Origin: Octopus sinensis
Taxonomy: Eukaryota
Direction of reading: 5' to 3'
Assembly: GCF_006345805.1 (NCBI RefSeq)
Contig: NC_043009.1
Span: 50,034,001-50,098,000, forward strand
Length of the DNA: 64,000 bases
The position numbers and the translations under genes were made by a program. Below the pieces are notes generated by a model, which saw only the letters and a list, made by a program, of their open reading frames with translations, was not told the origin of the DNA and did no database searches. Shown piece by piece: positions 51,048 to 64,000 of the stretch; the stretch's first letter is position 1, and each line of letters opens with the position of its first letter.

Positions 51048-51393
51048 ATATACACTATCAATTTGCCATTTACTTTCTATATATATATATATATCATGGA
51101 TAGATTTCAATTGATATTCGCTTTGTGGTTTCTTAGAAACATTGTATGAGTATCAAAATCACATTTCTGTTTATCAACAAATGCAGGCATGGTTGTAGGA
51201 TGTGTGGTTAAGAAGTCCAATTTTTGACTATGTTGTTTGTGGTTCAGTCCCACTGTGCAGCACCTTAGGCAATCAATTTTTCTTATAATCCCCATCCAAC
51301 CAATGCCTATAAGAGTGAAACCGTGAGGAAGCTACAAATAGATATACACACACACAACATAAATATATAGAGTATATATATATATATATATAT

Positions 51394-51725
51394 GTGTGGC
51401 CGTTGCCAGCACCGCCCCGACTGGCCTCCATGCCGGTAGCACGTAAAAACCACCATCCAATTGTGGCCATTGCCAGCCTCGTGTGGATCCTGTGCCGGTG
51501 GCACATAAAAAGCACCATCCGATCGTGGCTGTTTGCCAGCCTCGTCTGGCACCTGTGTAGGTGGCACGTAAAAAGCACCCACTACACTCTCAGAGTGGTT
51601 GGCATTAGGAAGGGCATCCAACTGTAGAAACACTGCCAGATCAGACTGGGCCTGGCACAGCCTTCTGGCTTCCCAGACCCCAGTTGAACCGTCCAACCCA
51701 TGCTAGCATGGAAAACGGACGTTAA

Positions 51726-51760
<35 letters not shown>
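51394..51760 (+). mobile_element. Family D retroposon (3 cores) with long (TGA)n tail
   Basis: Cores at 51429, 51491 and 51554; body and tail as in 31543-32150. Confidence 0.9.
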
Positions 51761-51766
51761 ATATAT

Positions 51767-51970
51767 AAGATGATGATGATGGCCATCCACTCATGGCCAA
51801 GGAAGACCATTGCTGACCTTCAGGAACATTGTACGCTATAGGACTAACATATATTTAGCATTTGCAGCTCTGTTGGTGGCTAAAGAGCCCTGCTCTTGAC
51901 AATCATACACGACTGCAAACATTGCAAACCAAGCTTTCCTCATTCACTACACCAGCAGTGCTCTTTCGAC
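51767..51970 (-). mobile_element. RTE-clade LINE 3' end (C-terminal Cys/His motif, short 3' UTR, (CAT)n tail)
   Basis: Minus strand translates VCNVCSRV*LSRAGLFSHQQSCK, matching CxxCxRxCxSRxGLxSH, then ggtcttccttggccatgagtggatggccatcatcatc. Confidence 0.75.
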
Positions 51971-52674
51971 ACACACATGTATGCAGCATGTGCGTGGGGA
52001 AACTGTGAGAGATTCGTGTGCATAAATGTCATTTTGGCATGTTCACCTTAGCAGAAGACAATAACATAGTTTGCCTTCTGAGAATAAATGCTCTGCAGTT
52101 CAACAGACATGTGATGCAGATGGAATACAAAAATATTTTACTTGAATAAACAAGAAAGGGTTGGCAATAGAAAAAGCATCTGGCCATTGAAAATCTGCTT
52201 CGAAATTTCATCTAATCCATGCTAGCATGAAAAAACAGACATGATGATGATGATGATGATCAATAATCTTTGCTGCATCTTTCTTTTTAATGTCTATCAA
52301 TCTATCTATTTCATCTAAAGTCGATGATTCACTATCACTATTCTGTGTTTCTTGCTTGTGTGCATTCATCCAAATCACCTGCATGAATGCACATAGTAAG
52401 AGACTTGGAGTAGCGACATAGTGAATCACCTGCTTGGAATAAATAAATAGGATATTACATGAATTTAGAATTTTACTCCTACTTATATACCTGAAAGTGC
52501 ATGCAGACACACTTGTAAGAAAATGTAATCACTCACAATAAAATGTAATGAATTCAGGTGCACAAATAACCAACAGTCATTATTATACTATAATAAGCAC
52601 TACCAAACTGGTCCTGAGTACTCTCATTTTTTTATATAGGACAATCACTCACACACACACACACAAACACACAC

Positions 52675-53085
52675 ATGGCTGTGCTTAAGAATTTTGCTTC
52701 CCAGCCTCATGATTCCATGTCAAGTTCCATTGTGTGAGAGCTTGGGCAAATATCTTCTACTATAACCCAGGGCCAACCAAAGCCTTGTGAGTGGTATATG
52801 ATAACTAAAAGAAGACTGTCATATGCACATGTGTGTCTGCTTACATTTGTGTCTGCTTACATTTGTGATTCCCCAAAATGTGCTGAGCTACATGCAGTCG
52901 TAACGTTGTCATTTCTGTCACCAACAATTCTTTGCTGGCTTTGCCTCTTAAAAGACTTGTGGAATAAGAGACTATTATTTGAAAAAAAAAAACAAATAAG
53001 GGTTTAGTGACAGGTAGGGTATCCAGCAGTAAAACAATATAGTCATCTAACCCATGCTAACACAATAAAATGAACATAACATGAA
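52675..53085 (+). mobile_element. Degenerate SINE family E
   Basis: catggctgtg..cttgggcaaatatcttctactataaccc..aaagccttgtgagtgg head; gggtttagtgacaggtagggtatccagcagtaaaa..ctaacccatgcta tail. Confidence 0.65.
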
Positions 53086-53127
53086 TGGATATATATATAT
53101 ATATATTTTTTTTTTCCCCATGCTAGT

Positions 53128-53498
53128 AGGGTACTAAGAGCACCATCCGAGCATGATTGTTGCCAGAGCGGCTATCTGGCCTTCGTGCCGGTGGCACGTA
53201 AAAAACATCATTCGAGCATGATCGTTACCAGCATTGCCTTACTGGCATCTGCGCCGGTGGCATGTATAAAAGATTCGAGCGAGGTCGTTGCCAGTGCCAC
53301 CTGACTGGCCCCATGCCAGTGGCATGTAAAATTACCCACTACACTCTCGGAGTGGTTGGCGTTAGGAAGGTCATCCAGCGGTAGAAACTCTGCCAGATCA
53401 AGATTGAAGCCTGGTGCAGCCATCTGGTTCGCCAGCCCCCAGTCACACGTCCAACCCATGCTAGCATGGAAAGCGGACGTTAAACGATGATATGATGA
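53128..53498 (+). mobile_element. Family D retroposon, variant array
   Basis: Cores near 53184, 53250 and 53312; body cccactacactctcggagtggttggcgttaggaagg; tail gacgttaaacgatgat. Confidence 0.88.
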
Positions 53499-54033
53499 TT
53501 CCATGTGGAAAAAGACTGTGACTTTGTAGTGCATAAGTCTTTTAAAGAATGGATTGACTGGCTTTGACCTTCTGACCACAGCCTAACACATTCCAGCTGA
53601 TTCATCACAGTGGTTAGATATTAACAGAATTTCTTTTACTCTAAATATAATAAATACATACATCAAGTTAAGGCATTAAAAAATAGCACTCAGCAAGTCT
53701 GCTAAAATATGTTTCATGTATCAGATATGACACAGACTATGTTGTAAATTTTTAAAATCAATATTGCCTGCCCAATCTCTTGATGTAAGAAAACAAATGT
53801 TAAGAGTATAACACTCAAATGAGTTGATACATTCTTTTGAAGATTTGTACACTACAAAGTGCACAAATCTCAGTTTATTTCATCATGGAAAATATATATA
53901 TGTTCGAATGTATAAAAGACACTTTAACATTCATACATGCATTACATACCCATACATCGAAAAACCTCTTTGCAGTCACTCAACCTGCAGCTAGAAATAG
54001 CCGACAACTTTTAATTTACAGCTTGCATCTTGA

Positions 54034-54252
54034 CCCTTTAACATTTAAACTGACCATATCTAGCCCAAATATTTTACCTTCTTTATCTTCAAACTGGCCA
54101 GATCTGGTCTCTTGTATCTATTCTACAATGTCATTCTAAGAATCACAATCACATTGGTGAAATATAGAAACTGCAAGATAATGCCTAATTAATTAAAAGC
54201 AATGTGAGTACATAAGCAGTACATTGTACAGAATAGTATAAATGATAAAGGG
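54034..54252. mobile_element. piggyBac-type MITE subfamily 1 nested in a family F copy (53962-54375)
   Basis: TTGA|ccctttaacattt ... aaatgataaaggg|TTAA; family F motifs gctagaaatagcc (left) and acattggataatgtattcctagatacac (right) rejoin across it. Confidence 0.78.
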
Positions 54253-56634
54253 TTAAAGAAAAGAACATTGGATAATGTATTCCTAGATACACCATGGCAG
54301 CAAAAAAAAAAAATGATAGGATAGTCATAGAAAATATACCTGGTCGGTCTGCTGACCTGAAGTTAAATATAACAACAAATCTTACCACTACAACAGCCAT
54401 ACAAATATGCAACACATACATACATAGGCATGTATGGGTTATAAATCTACTTCCGCTGAAAGCTTTTACATCTTTTAAGATACTGTGTGAGAAATATTTA
54501 CAATATAAACATCAAAAGAAAACAGTGAAATGCTTTAGACTGAACTGCCTATTCTTATAATTGAAGTGCTGATTGCTTGACAAGCTTTTATAAATTACCA
54601 TCCACCTTCAAATCATTGACCAAAACTGAAAAAATAAATATTACAGGTAAGTTGTTGGATTTGTTTTATTCTGATGTTGCTGTTGTTATTTTTACCTCAT
54701 CAAATGAAAAGTTTCTGTAGACATCTTACTTTAATCTTATAGTTGTATTTTCACAATTTCCATGTGTACTATGCGCAATCCACATCTACAAAACAGACTT
54801 TGTAGAAATCAAATCAGCCATAAACTTATTTTATTAAATTAAAACCTTTTCCCCACACCTGAAAACTTCTATTATTTTTTTCTCTAAGCCGTGATGGGTT
54901 TGAAGCAGGTTGGCTATTAATAGTTCAACAAGCATTTGCTTGTATTGAGTAAAGGTGGTGAGTCAGGATGGAATAGAGGAACCAAAAAAAAAAATTGGAA
55001 GGAAGGAAAGAGAATAAAGTCTAGAAATGATCCGTTTTCCATAATGAAAATTGAAACAAAATAATATTCTACAGGTTTTTGTGTTTATTATTATATTTTT
55101 CTTTTTATCTCTCAAATTGACAAGTGAACAGTAATGGACAATGAAGGGAGACATAAGAGAGAGACAGCAGAGGGACCCCAGCTAACCAGAATTGGGAGAA
55201 AAAGAAAAAGACATCAGTTACATTACTGCTAGCATCATATACAGCAAAGCAACCACAGTAGAAGTAAAAAGAGTTTTTCTTCTTTTCTTTTTTTATCTCT
55301 TCCTTCTTTTTTTTTTTCAAGAATAAAAAAAATTGAAGACTTTCAAAAGCCAGGAAAACAGCAAAACACACACACACACACATAAAACACACAGACCTAT
55401 AAATAAAAAGACAGAAAAAGTTTTCAATTCTATGACAGTTTTGTATCCCTTTGTCTCTCCCTCCTTGTCTTTCTCTCTCTCTCTTTCTCTCTCTCACACA
55501 CACACACATACACATTCTTGGTTGCTTTCTATCTTTCTTTCTTGTCTCCTTTTTTTTGTCTTCAATTTATAAGAAGTTTAGAAAATAATGATTCTTGTAC
55601 AATTCCGATATATAAACAAGAGTATCAATGGAGAGTTATTGTGAGGAGAAGTTCCAGAGAGCCATGCGGGGATGCATACTGACAAATATCTTCTGTCAGA
55701 GAGATGACGGAAGAAACAGATAACTTAATCTCCGATGGATTTACTTTTCATAAAACAACAAAAATGAAAAGGTTTCATAAAATTCCTTCGAAAAGGCTTC
55801 AATTTGTTTCGAATATTCAAATGTTCCTGTTTAATATCCAGGCATTCTCTAAGGGATATCAATACAGAATTATTCTTTCTTTGTCTCCACCCTCCACCAT
55901 AAACTACAGCCCCATTACGATGGGTGAGATTCATGTATGTCAACAACTACCTTGTGGTAAAACCGGCAGCAGCAAGAAATCAAAAATTTCCCTAAAGATA
56001 TACAGTTGTTAAATTCAGCATAATCAAAGGGGCACATTGCCTATTTATTATCATTTCCTCTGCTATATTTCTATTGTAATCTTTACTATTATAGAAATAA
56101 CAATATCTCAACAACAGCAATAACAAAAAAAAAAAAAAGGCAGCAGCAGGAGAAACAACAACAACAATGATAATGTTGGAAATAGCAGAAATTGAGGTGG
56201 CGGGGAGAGAAAAAGGAAAAAAAAAAAAGTCACTCTAACAAGCAACATCTATGACAATGCTAACAATAACAACAACAACAACAACATTTGCTATGACATC
56301 AGTAGCAAAAACATCAGCAATTGCAACAACAAGAACAAGAACAACACCGATGACGGGAGCAGGAAGAAGAAACCGCAGAAAGAAGTTTGCAGCAAACAAT
56401 ATATGAATGATAAAAACAAACTATGACAAAAACGACAACAAAAGATATAACAGCTGCAGCAGAAATAACAACAACAACAACAAAATGAAAAGAAAAACAA
56501 AAACCAACATACATTCCAATAGTTTCTTTTTAAGATGAAATTATTGAAAAGCAATGAATAAGATTCTTATCAAATATGGATATTTAATCCACTACCATCA
56601 CAACTACCATCACCAAAGAAATTGTCAAGTTATT

Positions 56635-56701
<67 letters not shown>

Positions 56702-56859
56702 TACATACACACACATATAAGCATATCTATGCATATAAGCATTCCCACACCTACATATTTATCTATATACAGTTACACATGCACACACACACACAGAGAC
56801 ATGTGTCTATATATATATATATATACACACACACACAACACTGCATATAATTACATTTA

Positions 56860-56904
56860 TATATTTGTATATATATAATAATTTTATTCAGGTATCATAT
56901 ATAT

Positions 56905-56967
<63 letters not shown>

Positions 56968-57145
56968 TATACATATATATATACCTATACATATATACAT
57001 ATACATATATTTTATATTTTATATTTTTATAAAATATAAAAATATATAATATATATATGTATATATGTATATATATATATATGTATATATTATATATATA
57101 TATATATATATGTATTATATATATATGTATGTATATATATATATG

Positions 57146-57200
<55 letters not shown>
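56860..57200. repeat. (TA)n-dominated microsatellite
   Basis: Direct inspection. Confidence 0.95.
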
Positions 57201-57204
<4 letters not shown>

Positions 57205-57667
57205 TCACAAAATCACTGCTTTTATATATTATAATATTAATCCTCATCTTCGTTAACATATTACTGGCAATATATCCATAATTGCATGGGTCAGACAAAA
57301 CTTTGTTCAGAACTTTTTGCAGCCACTTGCTCGTCCTATCACCAACCCTTACCTCTTTCCAAGCAAGGTAGCATTTCTTCAAACAATGTGTAACTTGGAT
57401 ATGCTTTCAAGGAAGATTGTAAACAAATGATACTTTTTCATGTGGAAAGTGACATTTTGTTAACAATCAACATATATACAGCAAGACGAGAGCAATACAA
57501 ACACACATGCACACAGACACAGACATCTCTAGCTACTGTAGAGGATTCCAATCAACAGAGTCCAGGTAGTGAGAGAAACCCATAACACCATTTAGAATTT
57601 TTTTAGCAAATTTCTTAATGACACAGTAATATCTGCACCTATACATATATAGTTGTGTGAATACATG

Positions 57668-57700
<33 letters not shown>

Positions 57701-57857
57701 CATATATATATATACACACATACATATATATATATATATACATACATATATATACACACACACATATATATATATATATATACACATATATACATATACG
57801 CACACATACATATATATTTGCACACACACATATACACATACATACATATATACACAC

Positions 57858-58195
57858 ATCATCATCATCATCATCATCGTTTAGCATCCGCTTTCCATGC
57901 TAGCATGGGTTGGACGGTTCAACTGGGGTCTGGGAAGCCAGAGTGTCGTGGGTGCTTTTTACATGCCACCGGCACAGGTGCCAGACGAGGCTGGCAAACG
58001 GCCACGATTGAACGGCGCTTTTTATGTGTCACTGGCACGGAGGCCTGGCGAGGCTGGCAATGGCCACAATTGGATGGTGCTTTTTACATGCTACTGGCAC
58101 GGAAGTCAGTCGGGGCAGCGCTAGCAACGACCACGTTAGGATGGTCCTCTTATGTGCCACCGGCACTGGTATCACAGCTACAATTTCCATTGATA
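57858..58195 (-). mobile_element. Family D retroposon (4 cores, internal deletion in body)
   Basis: (CAT)n tail; cores near 57951, 58014, 58076 and 58143; leader atcaatggaaattgtagctgtgatacc shared with the 31543 copy. Confidence 0.88.
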
Positions 58196-59115
58196 ATGAT
58201 ATATATTGTCCACAGCATGAACCATTGGGACATGCCAGCAGATGGTGTCTAAACCATTTAGCATATAGTCATAGTTAGCATTACATCTTGCAGCAGGCCT
58301 TGTTTGGTATGCAGCACTGATAAATCAAAACAACGGTGAAACATTGATGTCTGTCACTCCAAAAAGGACTTGATGTGAGCTGTCTCACCTGACTGTGATT
58401 TACTTTCAGGTGCTTTTTTACACCAGGTGCATAGGGAATATTTTCCTTTATGCCTACATATAGTTACAGGGATGCAACAATGTATAGTTATGCCTATATG
58501 TAAGTTACAGAGATGTAAACAAACAAACACCAGTTGTTAAGCAGTTGGACAGACAAACACAAATACAAAGACAGACATATATTGATGCAGAATCACATGC
58601 ACTCAACAATTTGAGGACCTCATTTATAGCCCAATGTCTTTATACATATAGTGTCTATGAATAGAACTTCTTCCAAGACTATTTCCACATTGAAATAACT
58701 TTCCATAGTGTTAAATATACTCATGTTAAAATTATCCTTCCACCCATCACCCTCTTCTAACATGTGAGTAGCCATGTAGCTCCTTCAAAGCAAGGAATCT
58801 GTTCTACTCCGGCCTCTTCTTTCATACTGTAACCCATCATTTTGTAAAATAAAACTGTCTCTCTTGTGGTTCATAGTCTTGCAAGCTGCATGACAATCAC
58901 TCTAATGGTAGTAACACAAGAAAGTAGAAGAAGCACACAATATATGCTGTGAAGTGGTTGGCATTATGAAAGGCATCCAGCCTTAGAAACCATGCCAAAG
59001 TAGACTGTGTGGCACAATGTGGTCCTTGAATTCACTGGTTTCTGTGCAAGAGTACAAGCTATGCCAACATGGAACATGGACACCAAATGATTATGATATA
59101 AATAATATGTATGTG

Positions 59116-59450
<335 letters not shown>

Positions 59451-60736
59451 GAACAGAAGAGTTGTAATTTTTCTCCCCTTTTTCCATTTCTATTTCCATT
59501 TCATTTTTATCTTTCAAGCACATCTTCATGTAATGACATCTTCTGTAAGATCTCGGCAGAAACAATGTGATAGCGCCATATGTAATAACATTTAATGGAA
59601 TGAGAATCTGTCATGGCTGCCAACACACTCAAACTCAGTCTTGGAGAATGGGGAGGAAGTGGACTACTAAAAACTATGCTGTATTGTTATGTTTGTGTTA
59701 TAATTGTGTCTGAGAAAGAAAATCTTTGACACACATGTAGCATTTATTGATTTCACTGCAATCTACTCGATTTAACTCTCTTTGGAGTTGTGGTACTGAG
59801 AAGCAGACACTAAGTTTTCAGTGTCAAAACAGACTAGTTTTACAGTGACAGAAAAATTCCATTGATTGTGCATAATATTTGTCTTCAATTAGTTTTCAGT
59901 GTGGTTGAAATTTATCCAGTCCAGTAGCTCCAGCAAAACCCAGCTATTAGAACAGGTTGAGCCAAGTCACAAGAGAGCTTCTGTGTAGTCATGCTAGAAA
60001 TAGCAGACAAATATCACTCAAATGATAACCCATTATCTTAAGAAAAGAAGACTGGTCAGTGCATTTCTAATTATAAAAAAAAAGCGGGGGGGATAGTCAA
60101 GGCTGGAACATTCTTGATAATAGATTTGCTCATCAGAAATTATCTTCAGGTAAACAATAATGACCAGATTCGGTATCCTAACCAAGAGATGCCTTCCACT
60201 CACTAGAATGCAAACTGTATGAAGAACAAGCTGATTCTGTAACTGAATTCGTGAAATAAAATTGCCACAGAACCATTCTATATTCAGAATGCAAGGGACA
60301 ATTTTAGACTCTATTAGACTGGTGTAAGAGGTTCCCCAAACTTGTGGATTGATATATCTCTGATTACATTCTACAACAACCACAAAACTTCCATACTACC
60401 ACCATTTCAAAAGAGTAAACTGTACTAAAGTATCAGTCATTTAATAAGAAATAAAATGATAAATTAGGCAGAGTAGGAATACTTATGGTGCAAATAATTC
60501 ACACACCCAGAAATCATCCTTACATAATCAAAAGAAAGTTGGAACAAAACTTCCGACATTTAGTGGATCAACTGAACTAAGTTATAGAATAAAAATAGTT
60601 GCATTTCATTTTAAGCACATTTCCATATCTTCGAAGAGGCAGAGCAGATACAGATTTCAAGTTGGCTAATCCTTACATATGTTCTACAAGCTTAGCTCTT
60701 TCAGTTTACCAATGGTCTAATCTTTGATTAATTGCC

Positions 60737-60739
<3 letters not shown>

Positions 60740-60771
<32 letters not shown>

Positions 60772-60930
60772 GACCTCTTCACAGTTTCCTTCAACCAAAA
60801 AATCCACTTACAAGGTAGTGGTCAACTCAAGGGTTTAGGAAGATATTTGTCCAGGCTTTTCACACAATGCAATTGAACTGAGAACTAAGTGGTTGCAATG
60901 CAGACTTCTTTACCACATAGCTATGCCTGT
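60740..60930 (-). mobile_element. Degenerate SINE A/E-type head
   Basis: cagtttcc..aaatccacttacaagg..gaagatatttgtcc..cttctttaccacatagctatgcctg. Confidence 0.6.
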
Positions 60931-60989
60931 GTCCATTTCATGCTTCAGATTACTATGCTTTTTCCATATTAAAGTTCACAAAAAGCGTA

Positions 60990-62150
60990 GATGTTCCATA
61001 AATTGTTGAAGCTTTCCTAGAATGCATACAACTGAAGTGGGTTATAAAACAGAACTGAAAAAAGAATATATGTAATGTTAATGTATCCAATGTATCCAAA
61101 CTTCCAAAATGCTTTCAAAGAAGAATGGCTAGATGTGAGATAAATCTATGATTAGCCTTGGGATAGAACACTGGTTTATCCATCTTAAGTAACACTCCCA
61201 AATGATTTGGAAACGTTACTTAAAATAGACTGGTGCACAATATACACTGTAGATATTTTATGTGTTTGGGGCAGCAAATGAAATTTTTACTGGGATATAC
61301 ATTGAATTATGGTTACTGCTATAAATAAATGTTTGCATGAATTTGAACTGAAGACCTATGAGATGGTAGTATAACACCATATTTACTTTATTTTGCTTCT
61401 ACAGAGTAGAAATATTGTTAAGTAGAATTGCTACTCAAGAGCTTTGATATATGAAAAAAAATTGTAAAAAAAAAAAATAATAATAAAATAAAACAGAAGG
61501 GTTAGAGGCTATACATGAGGAATAATTTAGCAAGCGAGTAAGGAGTTTTATTTTGGATTCAGCTGAAGAATGCTGGTGACAATATTGGATAGAGAAGAAA
61601 AGTTCTCAAGTAGTGCATAAAATAGAACTATACAGATTCATTAGAATATCCATATGATACGTTAGATTGAATGACATAAAGGATGAAATTTTAGTATTTC
61701 TTACCCTTTGGACAGCCCATATATCATGAATACAAGAAGTGGCTTGATCCAAAACTATCTCAATACAGATATAAATTGAAGAAGGAGGACCTCTAAAATT
61801 AACTCAGGCTTTCTCTGCCTTAATACTCTGTCGAAACTAAATAGGAAATGGTTTATGAGAAAAGGAAATTAAAGGGACTAATGCTTGCATGCACATGCAT
61901 GTGTGTGCGTGCATGTATGTGAGCATCCAAATGCATGCCTACATATGCTAATACCAAATCGCCAGCTCCAGCCATGAAAAAAAATCAATTGAATATGTGT
62001 AGCTTTCAATAGCAAAGTAGCCAAAGTAGGTTTCAATACAAGCATTGATGTTGTAGGAGAAGGAGTTAGGTTGAGAGAACTTCATGCTACAATCTGAAGA
62101 AATATATAAAAGTGTCTTATTTTGCTAAGAAATCTGGTTGAATGAAGAGA
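60990..62150 (+). pseudogene. Possible highly decayed Penelope-like RT/endonuclease relic
   Basis: WCTIYTVDILCVW near 61230 resembles WxRYxDDIxxxW, and MLQSEEIYK..LN near 62085 resembles a GIY-YIG C-terminus; weak, by-eye similarity only. Confidence 0.3.
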
Positions 62151-63596
62151 AAACTAAATAAATAAACTTTCATATCCACTGGAAATGTCTGTTAAAATTT
62201 GGTTCTGAAGGACCAATTTGAAAATGGAATCACAGAAGAACATAACCAACATCACTACATATCCCATGGCCATTGGCAAGTGTTGGGATTGGTTTTGTCT
62301 AATGGAGCAAAATAATTACATCGCTAATTTTCTACCCTAGGGTTACCAATCTTGAACAAGGAGCTATTTTCGCCATATGTACAATATCACACACACCTTT
62401 CATTCAGATATTATTAAGTTTTCTTTTTTTTTCTTTTCTTTTATTTCACATTTTTTTTTTTTTTGCTTTTGTTTTAAATTACATTTCCCCAGACCATAAA
62501 GCAAGAATTTTTATGAAACGAAAGCTGTTAGGTAATGATGTTGAGATTAAAGAAGGGTATGGTGAAGAGATAATAAGATCCATGTTTCTCCTTTGGCACT
62601 ACAGATGAACCAAACATTATCCACCTGGGTGCTTGTTGGTGATGTATTGTAAGTGGGGCAGTTTTTGAAGAACATTTGTCTCTTCTCGGTTATGCTAAGT
62701 GAAAGATTATGTTATTTACAGCTGTAACAAGGAAGCTCATCTGACAGTACTTTAAATATGTGTGCAAGGCCTGTGGCTATGATTACATGTATGTGTGTTT
62801 CCATTTTGGTGGAATATTCTCATATGTATTCCAGTGAATAATTCCATTCCTTCATAGATTTTTAGTCATTGCAATATTAAATAAATATTATACTCACAAT
62901 ATAACTAACTTCTCCTAATAATAACCACATCTTTAATACAAGCAGTGCCTTCTAAGAAAAGTTTGAATGCTGAATGCTTTAAGCTTTTTGCGCATTATAA
63001 CTTGATAAAACGAAAGAGAATATTAGAAAACCATTCACATCATGTTGTAACTCACATATTAAGTCCTACACTAAAGACTTTCCTCAATCCTTCTTCCTTA
63101 GAACTGCTAACCACTGATATTTCCGGTATAGTCACATTATTTTTTATGACAGACATTAACTTACTGAAATTAAAACAGAATATCCACCAGATACATCACA
63201 CCAGTCATGAAGATCCTGCAAAATTATGAATACTAGTTCTTCTGTTATAATAAACCTATGGAAATAAATAAAAGTATTCAGAAGTTATGTAATATGACTT
63301 ATAAGCCAAGCTATCCAAATGAATGACTTGTCTTCAGAAGATGCTTACATGAATTGATAAAATATACTATTTAATGGACAAGTTACTCGTACATCTAACA
63401 GGCTTTATACATTCCTTACACAGCTATAGTTTGAGACCTTGAACTCTTATCTATGATTTTATCAAAATGAAAAGGTGGAGTGCATATGATCTTCACAGGC
63501 TGTCGCAGAATGGTGAGACTCATATGAATGATGTTCAACTAATGTCTTCAAGAACATTTCTATATGTAAATTGTTGGCACATGTGTGAGTGTGTGT

Positions 63597-63637
<41 letters not shown>

Positions 63638-63639
<2 letters not shown>

Positions 63640-63808
63640 CATCATCGTCATCATCATCGTTTAGCGTCTGCTTTCCATGCTAGCATGGGTTGGATGGTTC
63701 AACTGGGGTCTGGGAAGCCAGAAGGCTGCACCAGGCCCAGTCTGATCTGGCAATGTTTCTACGGCTGGATGTCCTTCCTAACACCAAGGATGCCCTTCCT
63801 AATGCCAA
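63638..63808 (-). mobile_element. Family D 3' part
   Basis: (CAT)n followed by cgtttagcgtctgctttccatgctagcatgggttggatggttcaactggggtc..ggatgcccttcctaatgcca. Confidence 0.9.
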
Positions 63809-63814
63809 TATATA

Positions 63815-63868
<54 letters not shown>

Positions 63869-64000
63869 TATATATCTGTGTGTGTGTATCGTCCTTTCAC
63901 ATCTACTATTTTTCATGATGGTACGGGTCGAATGAAACTTATTTGTGTAGAATTCTACTACAGGATGCCTTACCTCATACCAACCTTTACTTGTTTTCAA

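Noticed and set aside
55100-56550. Possible promoter or UTR region (repeat-poor, A-rich, with CAA/CAG runs)
   Set aside because: No diagnostic motif or coding link visible; cannot be supported from sequence alone.

Overview
AT-rich, CpG-depleted animal genomic DNA with no supportable intact protein-coding gene. The SINE families and the density of (TA)n/(CA)n/(GA)n microsatellites look like an octopus genome; I recognise these from memory, not from a search. The window reads as a very long intron or intergenic tract. It holds three tRNA-headed SINE families (A, B, C) and a chimeric variant (E), a (TGA)n-tailed retroposon with an internal GC-rich tandem array (D), and an older unclassified repeat (F). 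There are also RTE-clade LINE relics, mariner and Tc1 transposase relics, TA- and TTAA-flanked MITEs, and Penelope-type terminal fragments; the letters are my working labels. Almost all ORF-track entries are microsatellite read-throughs. The best leads are: (1) a minus-strand candidate recursive splice site (pyrimidine tract-CAG|GTAAGT, with a second GTAAGT 95 nt downstream) at 37084-37240; (2) a 26-nt core in family D that can fold as a compact H-type pseudoknot, is arrayed in tandem and is kept in a shifted register in an older subfamily; (3) minimal hammerhead-ribozyme motifs in (TA)n-embedded Penelope-type pieces, including a divergent pair at 38156-38776; (4) a near-perfect 176-bp palindrome at 13987-14162. 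All RNA structures were folded by eye and need computational and experimental confirmation. Boundaries of decayed repeats are approximate.
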